Assembly (NCBI GenBank): GCA_045803545.1
Contig: JBJMOW010000004.1
Span: 288,001-352,000 of the forward strand
DNA length: 64,000 nt
Direction: 5' to 3'
DNA from: Gemmatimonadaceae bacterium
GTDB taxonomy: Bacteria > Gemmatimonadota > Gemmatimonadetes > Gemmatimonadales > Gemmatimonadaceae
The position numbers and the translations under genes are program-made. The notes under the pieces were generated by a model. It did not search any database. It saw only the letters and a program-made list of their open reading frames with translations, and was not told where the DNA came from. This document shows, piece after piece, positions 34,185 through 43,686 of the stretch (its first letter is position 1; the number at the start of each line of letters is the position of its first letter).

Positions 34185-35048
34185 CTAGCGGATGCGGATT
34201 CCTCCCATCAGGCGAAACAACGTTGCATCAGATGGAACAGAGTAAACCTGTGCACCGACATCCAGGATATTGCGCAGGACCGCCGTTACCCCGCCAAACA
34301 CAGTAGCTCGCACCACCGGCTCGCTCAGGACGACTTCCGTGCGGTCGACATTCCCATTCGCATCCGTGAACCCGACCTGAAAATGTGGGTCAATGCGATT
34401 TGCACCTGCGCCCGCATACCACGAGAAGCCGCCGGCGCCAGGCGCGAACCCAACGGCCGCCTCAGCGCCAAACATGTCAGGATGGAACGTGTCCTTCGAC
34501 TGAGTCGTACCGTAGCACGGTGCCGTCGGATCTGATTGCTGAAGTGAGGACCGGGGACATGTGATCGGCCCCTTTACGTTGCCGAATGTTCCGTGAACCC
34601 GGAGCGACAACGTCATGCCCGATACCACGGGTCCCGCAACGAAATGATGCGACTGGGACACTGCAAAACTGAAAAGGTTTGGCGTCGCGCGCGCAATCGT
34701 GACGGGCGGCAGGTAGGCCGCTTCGAGCGCAAAACCGAACGGGCCACCAATGGTGATGCGGGGACGTCCGAAAACCGGCGACAGCGAAGTGTGCTCACTC
34801 TTCTGGGTGAAACACAGACCCGTTCTTTCGAGCGCCGGATCTGGCTTGGGTATATACTCGCCTTCCCCGCCTAGCCTGATGCTCAAAGACGGTAGGACTT
34901 CGGGAGCGGTTGCCATCGAAAAGGCGATTGGCGCGGTGTAAAAAGCGAGCAGCTTACCTTCATTGCTGCTACTCTCGACTCGACATTGCGCGACGCTCTT
35001 CGTCGCGACGAATGTGATCGCCGACAGTATCAGTAGACCTCGTCGCAT
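34185..35048 (-). CDS. Hypothetical exported protein, possible outer-membrane beta-barrel
   Basis: Signal peptide, alternating beta-strand patterns, 4 Cys; GAGGAG RBS. Confidence 0.7.
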   Translation of the reverse strand: MRRGLLILSAITFVATKSVAQCRVESSSNEGKLLAFYTAPIAFSMATAPEVLPSLSIRLGGEGEYIPKPDPALERTGLCFTQKSEHTSLSPVFGRPRITIGGPFGFALEAAYLPPVTIARATPNLFSFAVSQSHHFVAGPVVSGMTLSLRVHGTFGNVKGPITCPRSSLQQSDPTAPCYGTTQSKDTFHPDMFGAEAAVGFAPGAGGFSWYAGAGANRIDPHFQVGFTDANGNVDRTEVVLSEPVVRATVFGGVTAVLRNILDVGAQVYSVPSDATLFRLMGGIRIR

Positions 35049-35096
35049 CTATGATCTCCTCGGGAAAATCTTGGGTGCCTCGCCAAACGTAGGCTG

Positions 35097-35157
35097 GTAT
35101 GACTGGCGCGGCGATTGATAATCGGCGAGCGTGAACTATCGCCGCGCCAACACATAC
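35097..35157. other. Intergenic inverted repeat (stem-loop)
   Basis: TGGCGCGGCGAT (35104-35115) / ATCGCCGCGCCA (35138-35149); GTATG/CATAC extends the stem. Confidence 0.6.
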
Positions 35158-35176
35158 GCCGCCAAGGTGAACGCGA

Positions 35177-36124
35177 TCATCGTATCATCATGCGTGACCG
35201 GGCTGATACGCCCATTACAGATCGAGAATAAGTTCGCTGCATGCATTCGGCGTAGAAACCAGGGTGTTCACGATAGGCGCTCCACGCCGGGTTGATCAGC
35301 TTCATCTCGCGATCGTACGCTGAAAAAACTTCCGTCTTCTCCTGACGCTGCAGCGTCGTCCGATTCGGAGCACGCATGGCGAGAGCATATCCGACGTAAT
35401 ATCGGCCCCGCCACCCATTCGCACTGAGCAGGTTCTCGATCAGCTTTCCCGCCATGCGATGATCGTAGTGATCGTGCGGATTGATCCTGATGCTCGGATC
35501 TGTGGTGTGGAGCATCACGCTCGAGCCAGCTGAATCAGCGACCATACGCACCAGCGTCGACACTGTTGCATTCAAGTCCTGCCAATCCGAGTACCGTGTG
35601 CTGCTATCGACGGCACTCGCTGAAGACCCTCGATCAGCGTGTAGTTTTCTCAGGCTTTCGAATCGGTTTCGAGCGAATCCTCGGCCGTTTCGATTGCCAT
35701 CCGGCAATCTGAAGAAATAGGAATCACTCACGCCGAGCTTGCAGTGAGCGATTCTGTGCTCTCTTACAACGACGGAATCACAACCTATGGCCGCATCGGC
35801 AATACCCAACGCAATCCGCGTTGACTGCATCGCCGCCAATTCGCGCTGTCGCCAGTAGGCTGTCTCGCGACCGTGATCCCCCGCCGTCATGTAGATAAAG
35901 ATCAGTCGCCTTCCGGATTTTATTCGTTCGACGATCACGTCGCCCATGAAAACCTGCCAGTCGTCGGCATGTGCAACCACAACGACATCGACGCCTGTTG
36001 AATTCGATTGCTGTCTAACATCCGCCGCTCCCCCAGCGGGCACGACAGTGGCCCCAGCGAGAAATGTCGTGAGCCACATCGTGCAAGCTAGTGGCGAAGA
36101 GTTACGCCTACGAGCGGCGGGCAT
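35177..36124 (-). CDS. PIG-L/LmbE family deacetylase, probably exported
   Basis: VAHADD, YMTAGD, RQRE, LPDG, HYDH; start uncertain (MWLTT possible). Confidence 0.8.
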   Translation of the reverse strand: MPAARRRNSSPLACTMWLTTFLAGATVVPAGGAADVRQQSNSTGVDVVVVAHADDWQVFMGDVIVERIKSGRRLIFIYMTAGDHGRETAYWRQRELAAMQSTRIALGIADAAIGCDSVVVREHRIAHCKLGVSDSYFFRLPDGNRNGRGFARNRFESLRKLHADRGSSASAVDSSTRYSDWQDLNATVSTLVRMVADSAGSSVMLHTTDPSIRINPHDHYDHRMAGKLIENLLSANGWRGRYYVGYALAMRAPNRTTLQRQEKTEVFSAYDREMKLINPAWSAYREHPGFYAECMQRTYSRSVMGVSARSRMMIR

Positions 36125-36129
36125 GGGAG

Positions 36130-36162
36130 AAAAATAAAAGCGGGCTCGTTATCGGGCCCGCT
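36130..36162 (-). terminator. Intrinsic terminator after yceI
   Basis: GC-rich stem AGCGGGCCCG/CGAGCCCGCT followed by a T-tract on the minus strand. Confidence 0.65.
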
Positions 36163-36184
36163 CTTTCTTTAGGTAGATATTTAC

Positions 36185-36745
36185 TTAACTGCCCTGTCTC
36201 ACTGCTTCGAGCTCGAGCTGGATCTTGATATCGTTGCCAACGGTGAGACCGCCAGTTTCCAATACCATGTTCCACGTCAGCCCGTAGGTCCGTCTATCGA
36301 GCTTTCCGGTTGCGCTGAACCCGACGCGCTCTCCACCCCAGGGATCCTTTGTCCGCCCTTCGTACGTCACGTCCAATGTGATCGGCTGCGTTATGTCGCG
36401 AATGGTCAGGTCGCCAGTAAGCTTGAAGTTCTGCTCGTCACCCTGAATCTCCGTGCTCTTGAACTTGATCACCGGAAACTTTTCCACATCGAGGAAATCT
36501 CCGGACCGCAGGTGCTGATCGCGCTGCTCGATGCGAGTATCCAGCGTTTTCGCGTCAAGAGTAACCTCAACGGCCGAATTCGATGGCTCGTTCTCGTCTA
36601 GAACGATCGCACCTTCGACTCCCGCAATCCGCCCCTTGACGGTCGAAATCATTAAGTGCTTTGCGGAAAACTCCACCAGCGTGTGCGCCGGATCCAGCTT
36701 CCATACTGTCTTTGCCCCGGTCGGAGCAGTCTGAACTGTTGTCAT
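36185..36745 (-). CDS. yceI: YceI family protein
   Basis: WKLDPAHT.VEF..KHLMISTVKG, RDQHLRSGDFL, GDLTIR, DPWG. Confidence 0.92.
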   Translation of the reverse strand: MTTVQTAPTGAKTVWKLDPAHTLVEFSAKHLMISTVKGRIAGVEGAIVLDENEPSNSAVEVTLDAKTLDTRIEQRDQHLRSGDFLDVEKFPVIKFKSTEIQGDEQNFKLTGDLTIRDITQPITLDVTYEGRTKDPWGGERVGFSATGKLDRRTYGLTWNMVLETGGLTVGNDIKIQLELEAVRQGS

Positions 36746-36819
36746 ACTTATCCCCTTTCCTGTGTCCCCAGTTGAGCCAGGGTATTATTCTCCGACCCTT
36801 GGCTTATTAATAGTAGGTT

Positions 36820-36848
36820 AGTATATTTTAGTAAGCTCCTTGTGTCAA
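36820..36848 (-). promoter_or_regulatory. Sigma70 promoter TTGACA-N17-TATACT for yceI, overlapping a TAGT-N7-AGTA operator (36819-36833)
   Basis: Near-consensus boxes read directly; the operator is one mismatch from the YodB-type TACT-N7-AGTA box. Confidence 0.7.
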
Positions 36849-36873
36849 GGGGCCGAAATTATAACTTCGGATT

Positions 36874-37290
36874 ATGGCAGAAAATTCCCAACCAGCGGTT
36901 CAGCACGTCTGCGCACGCTTCCATCGCGCTATCGAGCTCATCGGTAGTCGGTGGACAGGAGCTATTTTGCGCACCCTTCTCGAGGGCCGGACCCGCTATG
37001 CATCGATCAAGGCTGCCATCCCGGACATCACCGACCGCATGCTGTCGGAGCGACTTCGGTCACTAGAGGCTGAAGACCTCGTCCTACGGTCAGTCGTTCC
37101 CGAAACTCCGGTCAGGGTCGAGTACGAGCTGACAAAAAAAGGCCGAGAGCTCCAGGACGCACTGCGAGAGATCGGCAATTGGGCGGAGCGTTGGATTCCT
37201 CTCGAAGATGTGGCACCGTCTCATTCGACCGAGCCGCCCTCCAAAGCATCCCGAGGCCACCGGCGCGCAAGAACCGCCAGCAATAACTGA
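36874..37290 (+). CDS. HxlR/DUF24 family transcriptional regulator
   Basis: VC...AIELIGSRW, MLSERLRSLE, PVRVEYELTKKG. Confidence 0.92.
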   Translation: MAENSQPAVQHVCARFHRAIELIGSRWTGAILRTLLEGRTRYASIKAAIPDITDRMLSERLRSLEAEDLVLRSVVPETPVRVEYELTKKGRELQDALREIGNWAERWIPLEDVAPSHSTEPPSKASRGHRRARTASNN

Positions 37291-37296
37291 ACACGG

Positions 37297-37329
37297 GACG
37301 CTGAATTAATTTCAGCGTCTCTTTTTTTT
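37297..37329 (+). terminator. Intrinsic terminator after HxlR gene
   Basis: GACGCTGAA-loop-TTCAGCGTC followed by TC and T8. Confidence 0.7.
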
Positions 37330-37342
37330 CTTCACTCCCACC

Positions 37343-39619
37343 ATGAAGAACGCTTCAAGTCGGAGAAAACTGATGCGCGCATCGCTCGTCGCTGTTATCG
37401 CTTCCGCAGTTGGTCTCGCTTTTACTCCCGCTCCCGCGGACACACCACTGCGCGGTTTCTTCGCGCAATCGACGCAGGCTGAGCGTGATCTGGAGGCGCG
37501 CTTCAAGTCAATGCCGGACGCCGCGCGTATGCGCGCCGCGATGCAACGTCTCAGCGCTCGACCGCACCATGTCGGTTCACTGTACGACAAGGATAACGCG
37601 GAATGGATTCTCAACGAGTTCAAGTCTTATGGCTGGGATGCGCACATCGAGAACTTTGATGTTCTTTTCCCAACGCCGGTTGAAAGGGTCGTCGAGCTCG
37701 TCGCTCCGACTCAATTCAAGGCATCACTGCAGGAAACTGCGCTACCATCCGACCCGACGTCGAATCAGCAGGCCGAACAGCTCCCTTCTTACAATGCTTA
37801 CTCTATAGACGGCGACGTCACTGGGCCGCTCGTCTTCGTCAATTACGGTATACCTGCTGACTACGAAGAGCTTGAACAGCGTGGCATCTCCGTCAAAGGC
37901 GCGATAGTCATCGCCAAATACGGTGGATCGTGGCGAGGCATCAAACCAAAAGTCGCCGCCGAGCATGGCGCAATCGGTTGCCTGATCTACTCGGATCCAC
38001 GCGACGATGGGTTCGCCGGCGGCGATGTATTTCCGAATGGGCCAATGCGACCCGCACAGGGAGTCCAGCGTGGATCGGTTGCCGATATGCCGACTTACCC
38101 GGGCGATCCGCTCACACCAGGTGTTGGCGCAGTTAAATCGGCGAAGCGCTTGAGCGTCGCAGAAGCTCCGACGATCACCAAGATTCCAGTCCTGCCAATC
38201 TCGTACGGCGACGCACAGCCGTTGCTCGCCGCACTCGCCGGCCCACTCGCGCCAGCTGCGTGGCGCGGCGGACTACCCATTACCTACCGACTAGGTGCTG
38301 GACCGGCCCGCGTACATCTACGCGTCAAATCGGATTGGAGTCTCAAAACTCTTTACGACGTCATCGCCAAACTTCCGGGAACGACCGAGGCGGATCAATG
38401 GGTCATCCGCGGAAATCACCATGATGCCTGGGTAAACGGCGCACAGGATCCGATTTCCGGATTGGTCGCCGAGCTGGAAGAGGCACGCGCGCTTGGCGCC
38501 CTCTACAAGCAAGGTTGGCATCCGAAGCGCACAATCATTTACGCCGCCTGGGATGGCGAGGAGCCGGGACTACTTGGATCGACAGAATGGGTCGAAGCCC
38601 ACGCCGACGAGCTCAAGTCACATGCGGTTGCGTATCTGAATAGCGACACCAACAGCCGCGGTTACCTGGGGATCGAAGGATCGCACTCGCTCGAGACGTT
38701 CATGAACGGCGTCGCGATGGACGTTGAGGATCCAGAATCAGGAGTCAGCTCGTGGAAGCGCATTCAGGCGCGTCAAATTGTCGATGGCTCGCCCGAAGCC
38801 AGAAAGGATGCACGCGAACGCGAGGACCTTCGCATCGGCGCGCTTGGTTCCGGATCCGATTACTCACCGTTCCTTGACCACCTTGGCGTGGCATCGCTGA
38901 ATATCGGCTACGGCGGTGAGGATGACGGCGGAATCTACCATTCCATTTACGACGACTTCTACTGGTTCACGCACTTCAGTGACTCTGCCTTTGTCTACGA
39001 GAAGGCGCTTGCCCAGGTTGGCGGAATCAGCGTGCTTCGTCTCGCCAACGCCGATCTGTTGCCGTTCGGCTTCAATAATCTCGCAGAAACGATCCAAACC
39101 TACGTTAAGGATCTACAATCACTGCGTGATCGGCGTGCCGAGCAGATCACCGACCGCAATCGCGCGATCGATGAAGGGGTTTACAAGTTCACCAGTGATC
39201 CACGCGACCCTACGAGCGCACCACAGCGACAGCAGGCGGCACCCCAACTCAATTTTGCTCCATTGCTGAACTCGCTTGATTCACTCAAGAGCGCTGCATC
39301 ACGCTATGAAAAAGCGTACATCAGCGCCGTTGGCTCTGGTCGTTCGTCCGTGGCGAAAGCTGCCAACGAGAGACTGGTCCAGGCAGAACGAGCTCTGACC
39401 TCAACGGAAGGTCTGAAGAACAGACCATGGTACGCTCACATGCTTTACGCGCCTGGCTTCTACACCGGCTACGGTGTGAAAACAATTCCCGGTGTGCGCG
39501 AAGCGATCGAGCAGGGACAATGGCAAGATGCAGATCGTGAGATCGCCCGTGCTGCCGCCGCCATTACGAGGGAAGCCACTCTCATCAGCGGCATTGCTTC
39601 GACACTGGGCGGCGCATAA
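37343..39619 (+). CDS. M28 peptidase, glutamate carboxypeptidase II-like (PA + TfR dimerisation domains)
   Basis: Signal peptide; GNHHDAW..GA.DP, WDGEE.GL.GSTEW, YLNSD, GSGSDY, YHSIYD. Confidence 0.92.
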   Translation: MKNASSRRKLMRASLVAVIASAVGLAFTPAPADTPLRGFFAQSTQAERDLEARFKSMPDAARMRAAMQRLSARPHHVGSLYDKDNAEWILNEFKSYGWDAHIENFDVLFPTPVERVVELVAPTQFKASLQETALPSDPTSNQQAEQLPSYNAYSIDGDVTGPLVFVNYGIPADYEELEQRGISVKGAIVIAKYGGSWRGIKPKVAAEHGAIGCLIYSDPRDDGFAGGDVFPNGPMRPAQGVQRGSVADMPTYPGDPLTPGVGAVKSAKRLSVAEAPTITKIPVLPISYGDAQPLLAALAGPLAPAAWRGGLPITYRLGAGPARVHLRVKSDWSLKTLYDVIAKLPGTTEADQWVIRGNHHDAWVNGAQDPISGLVAELEEARALGALYKQGWHPKRTIIYAAWDGEEPGLLGSTEWVEAHADELKSHAVAYLNSDTNSRGYLGIEGSHSLETFMNGVAMDVEDPESGVSSWKRIQARQIVDGSPEARKDAREREDLRIGALGSGSDYSPFLDHLGVASLNIGYGGEDDGGIYHSIYDDFYWFTHFSDSAFVYEKALAQVGGISVLRLANADLLPFGFNNLAETIQTYVKDLQSLRDRRAEQITDRNRAIDEGVYKFTSDPRDPTSAPQRQQAAPQLNFAPLLNSLDSLKSAASRYEKAYISAVGSGRSSVAKAANERLVQAERALTSTEGLKNRPWYAHMLYAPGFYTGYGVKTIPGVREAIEQGQWQDADREIARAAAAITREATLISGIASTLGGA

Positions 39620-39647
39620 CCCGTAATCAGTTTGCCCTGCTTTGGTT

Positions 39648-39687
39648 GACAAAAAAAACGGCGGCCGCAATTGGCCGCCGTTTTGTC
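39648..39687. terminator. Bidirectional intrinsic terminator
   Basis: A8-CGGCGGCC-GCAATT-GGCCGCCG-TTTT between the convergent peptidase and tRNA. Confidence 0.8.
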
Positions 39688-39702
39688 ATCTGCATTTTCA
39701 CA

Positions 39703-39775
<73 letters not shown>

Positions 39776-39829
39776 CAACCACCGGACTTGATGTCCGGAC
39801 CAGCAATTAAAACGTCTGGGTGATGGTAA

Positions 39830-40228
39830 TCAACCGGGAGTGTGGCCGTGCGTGGCAGTAATCACTGACTTGATTCCACCGCGAACGTTGAAGTCTCCTA
39901 TTACTCGTATCCACTTCGGTGCGGCACTCGCTACCAGGTCATCCAGAATTCGATTGACGGCGCGCTCATAGAAGATCCCGTCATTGCGAAAGCTCCAGAG
40001 ATACAACTTGAGGCTTTTCAGCTCGAGGCACTTTTTTGCTGGAGCGTACGTGATCCGAATTGTGCCGAAATCCGGGGCACCGCCTTTGAGGAGTGCTAAC
40101 TCCTCGGCATCGCTCTCGATTCCACCGACTGGGCACAGCGAGGTGAACTCCGAGCAATCCATGTGGATCTCGTAGTCGCGGTCAGCATAGGGATTTTCGA
40201 AGGTCTCCAGCAATTCGGGTCGGGGCAT
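39830..40228 (-). CDS. queF: NADPH-dependent preQ0 reductase (type I QueF)
   Basis: EFTSLCP...PDF, ELKSLKLYLWSFRN QueF motif, FNVRGG; start at ATG 40228. Confidence 0.9.
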   Translation of the reverse strand: MPRPELLETFENPYADRDYEIHMDCSEFTSLCPVGGIESDAEELALLKGGAPDFGTIRITYAPAKKCLELKSLKLYLWSFRNDGIFYERAVNRILDDLVASAAPKWIRVIGDFNVRGGIKSVITATHGHTPG

Positions 40229-40263
40229 TCCCGAACGATGCACGAATGCAGATGTTGTCTGCA

Positions 40264-40281
40264 ATCCTCAATTAATCCGCG
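40264..40281. repeat. 18-bp motif ATCCTCAATTAATCCGCG, copy 2 (upstream of queF)
   Basis: Identical to 8552-8569. Confidence 0.8.
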
Positions 40282-40307
40282 ATGCTGATCGCGGCTGATC
40301 TGGTGCC

Positions 40308-41210
40308 TCAGTCTTCCTGACGAAGCTTACGGGACATTTCCTCGAGTAAACGCCGCTCATCACGCGTCAGGCTCTCGATCCCGAACTGGGAGATCTTGTC
40401 CAGCACGCGATTGACCTTGGCAGCGTACTCTTTAGGCGAGTCCTGTTTCGGCACGTGCTGAATCGGCTTACTCTCACGCAGGACGACTGCATTACTGCGC
40501 TCGATCACCTCGTCAACACCTCCTGCGCGATCGCGCATCGGCGATCGATTGCGAGGCACCGCTCTCGGCATGTCCTCGGTATCGTCCGGTACTGCGGAAA
40601 CCCAGCCGCGCACGCGGTTGATGCCGCCGACTGAATACAACTTTAGGAAGATCCACCCGAAAGCCATTCCACCGACATGCGCCGTCCAGTCAATGCGCGA
40701 GCTGGGCGACAGCGCGAAGATGATGTTCATCGCCAGGAGCGCCACTACCAGCCAGCGCGAACGCATTGGAATTACGCCGAACAGATAGACTTCTTCGTCC
40801 GGCCACCGCAGTGCGTAGGCGACGAGTACTCCGCTGATCGCGCCCGATGCGCCGATGACGGCCGTATGCGGCGCGAAGATCAGGTGCGCAACCGCGCCAC
40901 CGATTCCCGAGCAGAGATAGAACCAGACAAACGTGCGCGTGCCCCATTCGTGCTCCAGTCGCGGCCCGAACATCCATAGCGTGAACATGTTGAACGCCAG
41001 GTGCGCGAGCCACGCGTGGACGAACATGTACGAAAGGACCGTCCACCAGTCGGCGGGAAAGCGGGCAGGGTCGAGGGCAAGCGCGGAATAAATCGCATCT
41101 GATCCAAACAGCGTCAGCTGCAGGAAATAAACGCCGATGTTCAGGGCAAGAAGCCACTGAACGGCGCGTGTTACACGCGGTGAATCGGAAGTATCGTACA
41201 GCTCGCTCAT
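40308..41210 (-). CDS. Rhomboid intramembrane serine protease with C-terminal DUF6576-like tail
   Basis: HLAFNM, GASG, AHVGG; C-terminal VLDKISQFGIESLT. Confidence 0.9.
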   Translation of the reverse strand: MSELYDTSDSPRVTRAVQWLLALNIGVYFLQLTLFGSDAIYSALALDPARFPADWWTVLSYMFVHAWLAHLAFNMFTLWMFGPRLEHEWGTRTFVWFYLCSGIGGAVAHLIFAPHTAVIGASGAISGVLVAYALRWPDEEVYLFGVIPMRSRWLVVALLAMNIIFALSPSSRIDWTAHVGGMAFGWIFLKLYSVGGINRVRGWVSAVPDDTEDMPRAVPRNRSPMRDRAGGVDEVIERSNAVVLRESKPIQHVPKQDSPKEYAAKVNRVLDKISQFGIESLTRDERRLLEEMSRKLRQED

Positions 41211-41277
41211 CCCACCCTGCGCAAAAGACTACTACAGTGTTTGAACCCAGCGGACCGTATTGGGTTCCTTCGCGAAT

Positions 41278-42276
41278 CTAGCCAACTGCGAGTCTTACGA
41301 TCCGCTCACAGAGCTCCGGAAACCCGATTCCCATCGCGGCGGCTCCCTGCGGTATCAGACTCAGCTCCGTCATTCCGGGCAACGTGTTCGCCTCCAGACA
41401 ATAAAACTCGCCTTCGCTGGTGAGTCTAAAGTCTATGCGCGCGTATCCGCGAAGCTTGAGCGCCTTGAACGCCGCAACCGCCTGCTGCTGAACTTTTTCG
41501 GTTGCTTCGGGCGAGAGTTTAGCCGGGAATTCTTCGGTAGCCATCCCCGCTGTGTACTTGCATTCGTAGTCATAGATCTCGTGCTTCGGCAGAATTTCTC
41601 CCACTGGTAGCGCGACTTCACCGAGAATCCCGACCGTCAGCTCGCGACCCGGTATGAAACGTTCGATCATGACCTCGTCGTCATACTTGCCCGCTTCCTC
41701 GATCGCCGGCGCTAGATCCTCGCGCTTCTTTACCAGGCTTAGTCCGACAGTAGAACCCTGCTTGGACGGCTTGACCACGACGGGAAGACCAAGGATGCCT
41801 TCGACCTGCTCGGTCGTTACCGGTGACATTAGCCACTCCGCCGTCTTCACTTCTGCTTCTCTGAACAGCTTTTTAGACAAATCCTTGTCCATTGCCAATG
41901 CGCTCGAGAGGTGGCCGCTGCCCGTGTATTTCACATGCGCCATGTCGAGAAGAGCCTGGATAGTCCCATCCTCTCCCTGACCGCCATGAAGCGCCAGAAA
42001 CACGACGTCGGCATCCTTCAATTCCTTCATCGATGTCAGATTTGGCAGGAACGCACCTTCGGCGAACTTCGACAACGACTCGAGCGTAGGTGGCTCGGCT
42101 CCAACCTTTCCGGTCGCGAGCGAGCGCTCCTCCGCAGAGCTGATTACACCTTTCGCGGGGTCGAGCGGGGTTACCGTGTGGCCCCGGCTGCGCAGACCTT
42201 CGATAATTCTTATTCCTGAAGCGAGGGACACGTTTCGCTCAGAGGAGGTGCCCCCCATTAGAACCGTAATTTTCAT
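41278..42276 (-). CDS. ddl: D-alanine--D-alanine ligase
   Basis: GGTSSERNVSL, LHGGQGEDG, GSTVG, YDYECKY, EANTLPGMT. Confidence 0.96.
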   Translation of the reverse strand: MKITVLMGGTSSERNVSLASGIRIIEGLRSRGHTVTPLDPAKGVISSAEERSLATGKVGAEPPTLESLSKFAEGAFLPNLTSMKELKDADVVFLALHGGQGEDGTIQALLDMAHVKYTGSGHLSSALAMDKDLSKKLFREAEVKTAEWLMSPVTTEQVEGILGLPVVVKPSKQGSTVGLSLVKKREDLAPAIEEAGKYDDEVMIERFIPGRELTVGILGEVALPVGEILPKHEIYDYECKYTAGMATEEFPAKLSPEATEKVQQQAVAAFKALKLRGYARIDFRLTSEGEFYCLEANTLPGMTELSLIPQGAAAMGIGFPELCERIVRLAVG

Positions 42277-42291
42277 TCGATTGATTGACCG

Positions 42292-43686
42292 TTAGCGCGA
42301 CATCATGAAGTGAAGCATATCCGATCGAGTGACGATCCCCTGAACCACACCGTGCTCCTGCACCAGGACCGCGGGGTTTGCCTTTGATAGCAGCTTGACG
42401 ACGCTATCCACTGGCTGATCGGACGCTACCATCGGGAACGGTGAGTCCATGATCTCGCTGACCGGCGTTTCGAGCAGTTTGGGATTCTCCAGACTTTTTT
42501 GCGACAAAGACCAATCACTGACCGAGCCCACGCAGTTAGGTCCATCCATCACCGGCAGCTGTGACACATCGTGCAACGTCATCAGCCCAATCGCCTGACG
42601 AACCGTTGCCCCCGGCGCTACACTGACCACCGCCGGCGCGCCACCATTCTTTCTGCCGAGTACTGAGTGCAGCGCGACCTTCGGAACATCGAGCATCTGA
42701 TTCTCACGCATCCATTCGTCACTGTACAACTTCGACAGGTACCGTTCACCGGTATCGCAAAGCATGGTGACGATCATTGCGCTCGGATCATCGATCTCCC
42801 GCGCAATCTTGAGTGCAACTGACGTGATCAGGCCCGAGGAGCCACCGACGAACAAACCCTCTTCGCGAGTCAGGCGCCGCGCCACTGCGAACGACTCCTT
42901 GTCGCTCACGGTGTGGTACTCGTCAATCACACTCATGTCGAGCGTGCCCGGCAGTTTGTCCTGGCCGATACCCTCGATCTTGTACGGCACGCCTTCGATC
43001 TTGTTTTTGCCGTTGCTGCGCCAATACTCGGCGAGAATTGACCCAACCGGATCACCAGCAATCACTTTGACTTTCTTGTTTCGCTCCTTCAGATAGCGGC
43101 CGACTCCGGTCAGAGTACCACCGGTTCCCGCCGATCCAACGAAGTGAGTGATCTTGCCGTTGGTTTGCTTCCAAAGCTCGGGGCCCGTGGTCGCATAATG
43201 GGCGTCCGGGTTGGCCTCATTGTAGAACTGGTCCGCCAGGATCGCATTTGGTGTTTCCTTTGCGATTCGTTTCGCCATCATCACGTAGTTATCGGGGTGA
43301 TCAGGCGGTACGGCGGTCGGCGTAACGATCACTTCAGCGCCGAAGGCTTTGAGCAGGCGGACTTTCTCCTGCGACATCTTGTCCGGCATCGTGAAAATGC
43401 ACTTGTAACCACGCAGAGCCGCAGCAATCGCGAGTCCCACGCCCGTATTTCCGCTGGTTCCCTCGACGATCGTGCCGCCCGGTTTGAGCTTCCCCTCACG
43501 CTCTGCGCGCTCGATGATCGGCAGACCAATTCTATCCTTCACTGATCCACCGGGGTTGTAGAACTCTGCCTTGGCGTAGACCGGAGTGCGTATCCCACGC
43601 GTCACCGAGTTCAGCCGAATCAGAGGCGTCCAGCCGATGGTCTCGAGGACGTTGTTGTACGGCTCTTCGTTCCGTTCGTGGTTCAT
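42292..43686 (-). CDS. cbs: Cystathionine beta-synthase (PLP domain + CBS pair)
   Basis: NPGGSVKDR, TSGNTG, GTGGT, IEGIG, C-terminal CBS pair. Confidence 0.88.
   Translation of the reverse strand: MNHERNEEPYNNVLETIGWTPLIRLNSVTRGIRTPVYAKAEFYNPGGSVKDRIGLPIIERAEREGKLKPGGTIVEGTSGNTGVGLAIAAALRGYKCIFTMPDKMSQEKVRLLKAFGAEVIVTPTAVPPDHPDNYVMMAKRIAKETPNAILADQFYNEANPDAHYATTGPELWKQTNGKITHFVGSAGTGGTLTGVGRYLKERNKKVKVIAGDPVGSILAEYWRSNGKNKIEGVPYKIEGIGQDKLPGTLDMSVIDEYHTVSDKESFAVARRLTREEGLFVGGSSGLITSVALKIAREIDDPSAMIVTMLCDTGERYLSKLYSDEWMRENQMLDVPKVALHSVLGRKNGGAPAVVSVAPGATVRQAIGLMTLHDVSQLPVMDGPNCVGSVSDWSLSQKSLENPKLLETPVSEIMDSPFPMVASDQPVDSVVKLLSKANPAVLVQEHGVVQGIVTRSDMLHFMMSR

Noticed and set aside
36125..36136. 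TATTTT-N6-ATG leaderless signal for the PIG-L gene
   Set aside because: The T-run is equally explained as the yceI terminator tail, and the true start is uncertain.
40229..40307. preQ1 riboswitch upstream of queF
   Set aside because: No recognisable preQ1 stem-loop with A-rich tail; an Infernal search would be needed to exclude it formally.
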